A DNA stretch of 46,767 nt from Promethearchaeota archaeon (GTDB lineage Archaea; Asgardarchaeota; Lokiarchaeia; Sigyniarchaeales; SOKP01), in contig JBHLME010000018.1 of the NCBI GenBank assembly GCA_048938445.1, positions 1 through 46,767 of the forward strand. Direction: 5' to 3'. A model generated the notes under the pieces. It made no database searches. It was not told the DNA's origin and was given only the letters and a program-made list of their open reading frames with translations. The stretch's first letter is position 1. Every line of letters begins with the position of its first letter. Shown here in pieces: positions 9,070 through 16,998 of this stretch. The position numbers and the translations under genes are program-made.

Positions 9070-10734
9070 TTATTTAATTATAGCATATATGTCCTTATCC
9101 CTGTCGTGCTCTCTTAGTATTTTTCTACCTTCTTTATTAGATAAGGAAAGATTAATCTCACTATTTCGACTTAAAGATCCTGTGAAAATTGGTTCTTCAT
9201 TAGCATAAACTACTATATTCTGACTCGCATAAACGGGAGAAGCCGTCAAAATTATTTTTTTCGATTTCACAGAAACATCCAATTCAATTCTTTCTTTTCT
9301 GGACCTCTTACGTTTTGATTTAGGAGTTTGAATTATATCGTATTGCTCATGCTTAATCTTCGTTCCTATGGTATGGATTGGATTTATGACAATATCTTGT
9401 CCAAATGAGTAAATTTCATAACCAAGTTGTCCTGTTAAAAAATTTCTAACCTCAACTACAGGTCGAGCGAGGTCCTTGTCTCTAAAACCAGAGGGTACTT
9501 TGACGGTCATTTTAACAACTAAAATAGTTGAGATATCCCCTCCTTCAATAAATATGATCGTATCGATGATAGAAGGCAACATTCCAAGTTCTATCCTACC
9601 AATAAATCTCTGGATCGCATCTATGGCAGAGGAACTATGCACTACTCCCACCATTCCGACTCCTGAAAGCCTAAAATCAGAGTAAATCTCAAAATCTTTA
9701 GTAGTACGAACTTCGTCAAATATGGTAAAATCTGGTCTGACAAGAAGTAATATATCTGCAGAGTTTTCGAGATTTCCCTCTAATTTTGTATATTGAGTGA
9801 TTTCTGGATTTACTTGTAGGTCTCTCACGCTTTCAAGAGTTTTTACAACTTTATCTTGATTTAAATAATAATTTGCTAAAGCTGCTGAGAATGTTGATTT
9901 TCCCGCCCCTGGTGAACCTGCTACAAGAATACCTTCAGCAGTTTTTAATCGTTCCTTAAGTCTTATGTCTATTGAATAATCTTCTAATGATAAACTAACA
10001 AGAGGACGAACGGCAGTAATTTCAACATCATTAGAAAAGGGGGGTCTGGTGATTACAATTCGGAACTCCCGTAATTGAGCTACTACTGCTCCCTCTTTTT
10101 CTATTTCTATAAATGAATGTTCATCTTCACGTACATTTTCAATGATTTCAAGGGCAATATCTTCAATAATATCATTGTCGATAATAGTTTCTGAAATTTT
10201 TTCTAAATGCCAATTACCCGGTGCTCCTTTTTTTGCATGAGGGGGTAAATTGCGTTTAAGATGGACACTCATTGTGGATTCATCAAAAAAATTAAATAGC
10301 TTGAGAGAAAGTGGTTCTAAAGTTTTTGACTTTTTTTTTTCCCATGAAAATATTACTTCTAAACCTTCAAAGATACCAACATCTCCTTGAATTCGATCAG
10401 AAGTAATTAATATTGCATCATTTTCAAGAGCAGATTTTCTGATCAATGCATCAAGCTCTCCACCGGGACTCATTTTTATTTCTTCTCTTGTAGGACGATT
10501 TCCAACAATTTGAAGTTTAATTTTTCCTTTTCTATTCCACTCACGCAATTGCTTTAGGACATTTAATCCATAAAATCCAATTTCTTTTTGTATGTTTGTC
10601 CTATATTCAACTTCGGCAATGACAATATTTGGTATTAATATTTCTGGAAACTCACCTAATTCTCCATCTTCAATTAATACAAGTATTTGTCCATTAAAAA
10701 TTACAGAAGTATCACAAACAAACTTTTCTGACAT
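9070..10734 (-). CDS. PIN-domain P-loop ATPase (PINA family, Holliday junction branch migration-associated)
   Basis: N-terminal PIN (CDTSV...DALI..A...LITSD), Walker A GSPGAGKST, LLLVRPDFTIFDEVR and GVVH motifs. Confidence 0.9.
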   Translation of the reverse strand: MSEKFVCDTSVIFNGQILVLIEDGELGEFPEILIPNIVIAEVEYRTNIQKEIGFYGLNVLKQLREWNRKGKIKLQIVGNRPTREEIKMSPGGELDALIRKSALENDAILITSDRIQGDVGIFEGLEVIFSWEKKKSKTLEPLSLKLFNFFDESTMSVHLKRNLPPHAKKGAPGNWHLEKISETIIDNDIIEDIALEIIENVREDEHSFIEIEKEGAVVAQLREFRIVITRPPFSNDVEITAVRPLVSLSLEDYSIDIRLKERLKTAEGILVAGSPGAGKSTFSAALANYYLNQDKVVKTLESVRDLQVNPEITQYTKLEGNLENSADILLLVRPDFTIFDEVRTTKDFEIYSDFRLSGVGMVGVVHSSSAIDAIQRFIGRIELGMLPSIIDTIIFIEGGDISTILVVKMTVKVPSGFRDKDLARPVVEVRNFLTGQLGYEIYSFGQDIVINPIHTIGTKIKHEQYDIIQTPKSKRKRSRKERIELDVSVKSKKIILTASPVYASQNIVVYANEEPIFTGSLSRNSEINLSLSNKEGRKILREHDRDKDIYAIIK

Positions 10735-10755
10735 GATTTATATTATTGCTTTATA

Positions 10756-11274
10756 TTATTCATTAATATCTGGTTTGAATCCATTTTCTAAAATAATTTT
10801 GGTTGCTAGTTTTGAAACATTTCCCACAACTGTAGAACAATGTTCTAACATTCCAGATGTAAAAGCTTCTCTCCGTTCTTCAGGATTCCAGAGATCATAT
10901 GATTTACCTACTAACTTCATTTGTACATCATGACATCTACAAGAGCCATATTGGTTTAAATACTCATTATGTAATTGTTTTACAAGTTTATATGATTTCA
11001 TTGGTTTATCCATTTTTTTAAAATCCTTATATTCTCTCCCAAATAAATATCCAATTACCATGGAAGAACCAACTAAAGCTCCACAGGAACCATCACCGGT
11101 CAGACCTAAACCATCTGCAATACCACTTGCTGCTTTAAAGACATCATCATTCCAGATACCGAGAGCTTTAAAAATAGCCGCGATTGATGTCTGCCCACAT
11201 CCTGTACATTCTTTTTCATATTTTTTTCCAAGTTCAAAAGCATTATCTAGAATCTTTTTATTTATCTCACTCAT
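10756..11274 (-). CDS. C_GCAxxG_C_C family putative redox protein
   Basis: GCGQ, CGALVG, GSCRC and C-terminal HC motifs. Confidence 0.85.
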   Translation of the reverse strand: MSEINKKILDNAFELGKKYEKECTGCGQTSIAAIFKALGIWNDDVFKAASGIADGLGLTGDGSCGALVGSSMVIGYLFGREYKDFKKMDKPMKSYKLVKQLHNEYLNQYGSCRCHDVQMKLVGKSYDLWNPEERREAFTSGMLEHCSTVVGNVSKLATKIILENGFKPDINE

Positions 11275-11881
11275 TTTCTAAGACCGTATTATCAATTTTT
11301 TTCATAATTTGAAATTTTTTAACACTATAAAATATTGGTTTGCTTAACCTATCGACCGTTGCAACTATTAAATCCTTACGAGAGCTCATAGCAACCCTTG
11401 AGATTCGATCTAAATCACGTAATTCGATAGGATCTCCCTCAAAAACTGGATAAATCAGAAATTTAGCAGAATCGCTTTCAAAATTTGCACCACGCTTATA
11501 AACTCGAAAATCAATCCCATCTCCATAACCTGTTCTAACTAAATAACCTCGTTTTCTCAAATCCATGTAGATGATATATTTATGCCATAATCTGTCATCA
11601 AATTGAGTAAAGTATTCAAGTGCACTTTCAAAATTAAATTGTTTTTTATTCTCATCGTTATCTTCCCATATTAGAAGTCGATGTCGTTCAATTAATAGTA
11701 GAACTTCTATTGAGTTTAAAAATAAAAGCTCAGTATCCGTGTCATCCTTTTCAATCGTTCCAATATAAGAGTTTTGGTAAAATTCTTGTATTCCATTAGG
11801 ATCTAAAATTATGACTTTATCTTTTTTTATTATGCCTTTTATCTGTAGTTTTTCTGACTTATCTAATGATTTTTCTTCCAT
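11267..11881 (-). CDS. endA: tRNA-intron endonuclease subunit (probably the non-catalytic/structural type)
   Basis: YMDLRKRGYLVRTG..GIDFRVY and RVAMSSRKDLIVATVD. The catalytic His position appears to be Ser. Confidence 0.85.
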   Translation of the reverse strand: MEEKSLDKSEKLQIKGIIKKDKVIILDPNGIQEFYQNSYIGTIEKDDTDTELLFLNSIEVLLLIERHRLLIWEDNDENKKQFNFESALEYFTQFDDRLWHKYIIYMDLRKRGYLVRTGYGDGIDFRVYKRGANFESDSAKFLIYPVFEGDPIELRDLDRISRVAMSSRKDLIVATVDRLSKPIFYSVKKFQIMKKIDNTVLENE

Positions 11882-12005
11882 TATTAAATAAAATATTATG
11901 TTCTATTTTTAAAGAATTTGACTATTAATTTTTGATTTGTAATTATATAATATCACATTTATAGAAAATTCGTAAGTAGGATTTTTTATGATTCTTGGTT
12001 CATAA

Positions 12006-12617
12006 ATGATAAATTTAATTTATTCTTCAATATTATTTTTAATGAAGATGGAAGATTTACTTGAAAAAATCTTAGATGAGACAAATGGAGCAACTAAAGT
12101 TGCTATTGTGGGTATTGGAGAGGAAAAACTAACTGATGATGCAGTCGGTCCTTATATTATTTCAAAACTTTTACAGTTTAATGATAATAAGTTCTTAATT
12201 ATAAACTGTGGAATTGATATGATGGCTCGAATGGATGAAATTATAGATTTTAAACCATCCCATTTAATCATAATTGATACTTGCACCTATAATGCCCCTC
12301 CAGGTACCATTACGATATTAAAAAGAAAAGATATAAAGGAATATATTCCAATATCTTCACATACAATCCCTATTAATATTGTTGTTGATTTAATCACTGA
12401 TAAAATTCCTTCACTAAAAACCTTCATGATTGGAATCGTACCAGAAAGTTTAGAGGGTTTTACTGAACTCGAACTTTTTGAAGGTGGAAAATATTCTATT
12501 GATGAATTAAATGAGAATCAAGATTTACCCTTTTTTAATATAAAGTTAACAAAAACTATTTCTATTGTAGCAGATAATATTATAAATGTCCTCATTAAAT
12601 TAATAGAACTATTCTAA
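12006..12617 (+). CDS. Hydrogenase maturation protease (HycI-like); true start probably the internal MKMED
   Basis: VGIGEEKLTDDAVG, IIID, PPGTI and SSHTIP motifs. Confidence 0.85.
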   Translation: MINLIYSSILFLMKMEDLLEKILDETNGATKVAIVGIGEEKLTDDAVGPYIISKLLQFNDNKFLIINCGIDMMARMDEIIDFKPSHLIIIDTCTYNAPPGTITILKRKDIKEYIPISSHTIPINIVVDLITDKIPSLKTFMIGIVPESLEGFTELELFEGGKYSIDELNENQDLPFFNIKLTKTISIVADNIINVLIKLIELF

Positions 12618-12620
12618 ATG

Positions 12621-12809
12621 TTATGATTTACCTTCAGATAATCTATTAATATAATCCACTATAATATTAATAGTGTTATTGACAATCAATTTATCATTAG
12701 AATTTAAATCTTCTTTAAATTCTTCTAAAAACTTTAATACTTTATTAATCTCCCTGAGTTTTCTTAAATAATCTGAACCCTTTGAATTAATTGAACCGCC
12801 CCAAACCAC
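12621..12809 (-). CDS. Small helical hypothetical protein
   Basis: 62-aa ORF with amphipathic helices that fills the gap downstream of the roadblock operon. Confidence 0.55.
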   Translation of the reverse strand: MVWGGSINSKGSDYLRKLREINKVLKFLEEFKEDLNSNDKLIVNNTINIIVDYINRLSEGKS

Positions 12810-12881
12810 TTCTTTTAAACCATTTGATTTAATTAAAATTTTTAATATTGTATCTAATTATTCAATGAACTAAAATAAATT

Positions 12882-13310
12882 TCATACTTTTTGCTCAAAA
12901 ATTTTTTTAAGGAAAATCTCATTTTTAAATAACCATTGTTGAATGAGAGCGATATCATTTGAAAATCTCGTGAAAGCCAAAAAACCGATATTTTCAATAA
13001 TATTTTTAAAGAGAATAATAGAATCTTTATAATTTATGATAAAATCTGTCAGTTCTTTATCATCTGCTAAATTTCTAATTGGAATGAGTAGTTCATTAAT
13101 TTTAGCTGTATAAATTTTTAATAAATTTTCATCATCAGCATCATAAATTAGCGGTAATCCCTTTAATCGGCCTCCACTACCGATTATTGCAATTATTTTT
13201 GAATTGGTTTTTTTTTTTAAAATTACCAGTTCAGTTTCTAATTCTTTTAACGAGTCAAATTCAATTTGTTTTTTTTCAAAAATTTCTTTTATTCTTGTTA
13301 TAATACCCAT
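12882..13310 (-). CDS. Divergent roadblock/LC7 (profilin-like fold) protein
   Basis: Helix, then IIAIIGSGG..GLPLI hairpin, helix, three strands and a C-terminal helix; roadblock topology is inferred. Confidence 0.55.
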   Translation of the reverse strand: MGIITRIKEIFEKKQIEFDSLKELETELVILKKKTNSKIIAIIGSGGRLKGLPLIYDADDENLLKIYTAKINELLIPIRNLADDKELTDFIINYKDSIILFKNIIENIGFLAFTRFSNDIALIQQWLFKNEIFLKKIFEQKV

Positions 13311-14045
13311 CTAAGATCCCAATCTTTTAATTTTTATAGTAGCATCTTCAATAAGTAATGTGGCAAGTCCTAAAGGGGTTTCCCTTCTAATCAGACTAGA
13401 TAAGACGTAATTTTCGCTTATTTTAAATAATATTAAGTGCCTTTGCTCGTAAGTAAGGATAATCTGGTCAAGCATGAATTGTTTTGATTTCCAAAATGCA
13501 TCAATTTGGCTGAGACACAAATTCAAATATTCTTTATTCCACTTATGAACCAAAGGTAAGCCTGTTGATATTGATATTAAATCACAATCTAAAATTTCAG
13601 CATTGGAACGAAGCTTCTCTAATATATTCTTATAGTCCTCAATTAGACCATTATTTTTTTTATCTCTATTTGAAATAGAGACAATTTCCTCAATGATGGA
13701 TTCTATTTCTTTAAAATCATCAACACAGCACATATTTTTTTCAATTATTTCTCCATAATTTTCTGTGATCTTCTCCCTTAAAGCCCGTAATTTTTTTCTT
13801 ACATTAATGATGCTATCTGCTTTATCGAAAAAAGCAGTGATAATAAAATTTTCTCCGCTTTCAAAAAATAACCTAAATGGACCTATCTCAATTTCTTCAA
13901 TATTAGCACTAAAATTTAATTGTGTAAATGAAAAGGCTGCTGAAATAAATCCACTAGTCAATGTTTCATTCATATTTGTTTGACCAAATGATTTGCTAAA
14001 AATATTTTCTCCAGTTTTCTTTAGAATCAAAATTGTATGAATCAT
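13311..14045 (-). CDS. Longin domain fused to a roadblock-like domain
   Basis: N-terminal MIHTILILKKTGENIFSKSFG..LTSGFISAAFSF is longin-like. C-terminal DLISISTGLPLV...RETPLGL is roadblock-like. Confidence 0.7.
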   Translation of the reverse strand: MIHTILILKKTGENIFSKSFGQTNMNETLTSGFISAAFSFTQLNFSANIEEIEIGPFRLFFESGENFIITAFFDKADSIINVRKKLRALREKITENYGEIIEKNMCCVDDFKEIESIIEEIVSISNRDKKNNGLIEDYKNILEKLRSNAEILDCDLISISTGLPLVHKWNKEYLNLCLSQIDAFWKSKQFMLDQIILTYEQRHLILFKISENYVLSSLIRRETPLGLATLLIEDATIKIKRLGS

Positions 14046-14063
14046 TTTAGGTTTTCTCTTATC

Positions 14064-14522
14064 TCATGATTTTACTATAATTTTAAATGTACAATCACAA
14101 TTATCTGTAGCTCTTAATTTTTCACTTTTAAATTCGATTTCTCCTAATGTTTGTTTTGCTGCTGTTTCTATCAAACCTTCAGTATAAGTACAGTAAAATT
14201 TATTTGAAATATCGATTCCTGCCCGTTGAAATGGACACACTTTTAAAATTACAGTTAATGTATTTCCTTCCTGTATAATTTCAGCACCACCATCTCCTAA
14301 TGCGGGGAACAAAACATCTTTTAAAAATTTGTCTGAAAAGGTTTCTACTGTGTTAGTTTGGATCCTTTTTGCAACAGATTCTCCTATTTTTTCACCGAGA
14401 AGTCTATAAATTACCTGAACGGATTCTTCTCCCATAATAGTGCTAATTTCTTCCATTGCCATTCGAAACATTGAAGCTATAAATTTTAATTGATTTAATT
14501 CATCACTCATTTCTCTCAACAC
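14064..14522 (-). CDS. V4R/Bet3-like fold protein (methanogen output domain-like); likely start ATG 14510
   Basis: LLGEKIG, CPF, YCTYTEGLI and CDCTFKI metal-binding V4R pattern. Confidence 0.8.
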   Translation of the reverse strand: MLREMSDELNQLKFIASMFRMAMEEISTIMGEESVQVIYRLLGEKIGESVAKRIQTNTVETFSDKFLKDVLFPALGDGGAEIIQEGNTLTVILKVCPFQRAGIDISNKFYCTYTEGLIETAAKQTLGEIEFKSEKLRATDNCDCTFKIIVKS

Positions 14523-14525
14523 TCT

Positions 14526-14894
14526 CTAATCTGTGAAGATTTTTTTTATTTTTTTACTAATATCTTCCATTTCTAACGTTACAAGCCCAATATTAGGTTG
14601 GGGTTTTGTTATAGCTACTAATATAACGCGTCCAGCTCCAATAAGAAACATATTTCCTTTATCTAATTCCAAATTTAAACTACTGAACTCACCGTTGAAT
14701 AAAGCTTCTGCACTTCTCTTTGAAGTGCCTAATAATGCAGCTGACATTGCAGCTATCATTCTTTCATTTGTTTCCTTAGGTAAAGCAGAAGCTACAATCA
14801 AACCATTAGTTCTAATCACTGCAGTCCCGATTATATCAGATACCCTACTTTCAAGCTCTTCTAGTTGTTGATTAATTTTATCTATAACACTCAT
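14526..14894 (-). CDS. Roadblock/LC7 (MglB-like) protein
   Basis: GTAVIRTNGLIVASALP, IAAMSAALLG and PNIGLV motifs. Confidence 0.92.
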   Translation of the reverse strand: MSVIDKINQQLEELESRVSDIIGTAVIRTNGLIVASALPKETNERMIAAMSAALLGTSKRSAEALFNGEFSSLNLELDKGNMFLIGAGRVILVAITKPQPNIGLVTLEMEDISKKIKKIFTD

Positions 14895-15101
14895 GATTTG
14901 CTCTTCCTTTAAATTATAAATTTTAGTATCCGATTATTGTAATAAATAGAATAAAACAGTCTCTAAAATAAGGATTATTAATATTCTTTTTTTTACTTGT
15001 TAGTTATGATAATTTAAAAATAGAAGATATATTTAAATATTTATGAGATCAAATATTATTTTTCTTATATTAAAGTCCCTTTATTTTAAGTGAGTTTGCA
15101 T

Positions 15102-16559
15102 TTAATTCCTCTGTGAATGAACTGGTGCGGGAATTCTCCCTTTTCTATTAATGAAATTTTGGCAGGAACTATTTTTTACAGGTATAACTATAGATTTTCC
15201 TAATAAACCTCCAAACTCAACTTCTTCTCCAATGTCTTTGCCAATAACAGGAATTAACCGTATCCCAGTTGTTTTATTATTAATCATACCTATGGCAGCT
15301 TCGTCAGCAATGATTCCTGAGATTGATGATGGTGTTGTAGAACCTGGTATGCATATCATATCCAAACCGACAGAACAAACAGAAGTCATTGCTTCTAATT
15401 TCTCAATAGAAAGAATATTTTTTCTCGCTGCTTCAGTCATCACAAAATCTTCACTGACAGGGATAAATGCTCCTGACATGCCACCCACATAGGAAGAAGC
15501 CATCAATCCCCCTTTTTTTACAGCATCCGTGAGTAATGCTAATGCAGCAGTTGTTCCGGGACCTCCAGTCGTTTCCAATCCCATCTCTTCAAGTATGCCA
15601 GCTACACTATCATATGGTCGTGTGGTTGGTGCTAATGATAAGTCAACTATTCCAAATGGAACCTTTAATCTCTTTGCTGCTTGTTGAGCTACGAGTTGTC
15701 CCATTCTTGTTATTTTAAATGATGTTTTTTTAATTGTTTCCGCGAGAGTCTCAAAATCTGCTTTTCCTAAATGTTGCACTACATTTCTCACTACTCCTGG
15801 TCCTGATACCCCAACATTTATACAACATTCAGGTTCACCAATACCATGAAAACCCCCTGCCATGAAGGGATTATCTTCAACAGCATTTGAGAATACAACA
15901 AGCTTTGCACATCCTATTGAATTATGTTCTGCTGTATTTTTTGCAATTTCGTGTATTATATCTCCCATCATCTTTACAGCATTCATGTTCATTCCAGATC
16001 TCGTGGAAGCTACATTTACAGAACTGCATACTCTTTCAGTGGAAGATAAAATTTTTGGTAAACTCTGAATCAAAAAAAAATCTGCTCTTGTAAATCCCTT
16101 ATGAACTAGTGCTGAAAAACCACCTAAAAAGTCAACATTTACCTTTTCAGCAGCATTATCTAATGATTTAGCGATGGCAAGCGAGCATTCTAATAAATCT
16201 TTATTTATTTCAATATTATCAATATTATCTTTGTTATAGAGAGGATCATTAATAAGATTAATATCGTTTAAAGGGATTTCCTGAATCGCTTCAAGCCCAC
16301 CTAAAAGTAAGGATATTGGAGTTACAGTAATTCGGCGATTAATTATTGGGATTCCATAATCTTCTTCGATTGAAGTTGCCACGCTTGATAAGTTCTCTGC
16401 TAAAGAAATGATCTTCTGTTCAATATTTTCTCGTAGTTTGTCAAGAGATTTATCTACACAATCTAGTAAGTTAATACCCAATGTGATTGTGCGCACGTCC
16501 AAACCTTGTTCTTCAATCATTCGTTTTGTTTCTAAAATTTCATCTACAGTAAAAGGCAT
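15102..16559 (-). CDS. UPF0210/DUF711 (PFL-like) family protein
   Basis: [34 protein letters not shown] and [11 protein letters not shown] motifs. Confidence 0.92.
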   Translation of the reverse strand: MPFTVDEILETKRMIEEQGLDVRTITLGINLLDCVDKSLDKLRENIEQKIISLAENLSSVATSIEEDYGIPIINRRITVTPISLLLGGLEAIQEIPLNDINLINDPLYNKDNIDNIEINKDLLECSLAIAKSLDNAAEKVNVDFLGGFSALVHKGFTRADFFLIQSLPKILSSTERVCSSVNVASTRSGMNMNAVKMMGDIIHEIAKNTAEHNSIGCAKLVVFSNAVEDNPFMAGGFHGIGEPECCINVGVSGPGVVRNVVQHLGKADFETLAETIKKTSFKITRMGQLVAQQAAKRLKVPFGIVDLSLAPTTRPYDSVAGILEEMGLETTGGPGTTAALALLTDAVKKGGLMASSYVGGMSGAFIPVSEDFVMTEAARKNILSIEKLEAMTSVCSVGLDMICIPGSTTPSSISGIIADEAAIGMINNKTTGIRLIPVIGKDIGEEVEFGGLLGKSIVIPVKNSSCQNFINRKGRIPAPVHSQRN

Positions 16560-16602
16560 TAGAACCCTCTATTTCATTTATTTTTAATTATAAAAAGCAA
16601 TG

Positions 16603-16872
16603 CTAAATGCGGTGCATTGCTTTGAAAATATCTTCATGTTGAATGCTTACAAATACACCGATTTCTTCACCCTTTCGCTTTAATTGATCTGCTACATCTT
16701 TTAGGGACACATTACTTTTTTCAAAATCAACAACCATTATCATTGTAAAGAACTCTCCAGCATAAGACTGGGAAATATCTGTTATATTTATTTTATTATT
16801 AGATAATACAGTTGAGACTCCCGCTACTATTCCAGGTTTATCCATTCCAATTACAGTCACTACAGCTTTCAT
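16603..16872 (-). CDS. ACT-domain protein (UPF0237), the usual partner of UPF0210
   Basis: VTVIGMDKPGIVA, NITDISQ and QHEDIFKAMHRI motifs. Confidence 0.92.
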   Translation of the reverse strand: MKAVVTVIGMDKPGIVAGVSTVLSNNKINITDISQSYAGEFFTMIMVVDFEKSNVSLKDVADQLKRKGEEIGVFVSIQHEDIFKAMHRI

Positions 16873-16998
16873 TTAAATCGCATTTTATATTTACTTTTTG
16901 TTATTGTTTATAAAGAATCCACTATAGATTAAAAATATATGAATTTCAACTCTAAAACAAAAGAATGCATTTTTATAAATATAGATGAGTTTTTTACA

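Noticed and set aside
12621-12881. Extension of the single-frame operon into the 62-aa ORF
   Set aside because: It is in the same frame, but an additional TAG at 12870-12872 interrupts the 72-bp gap.
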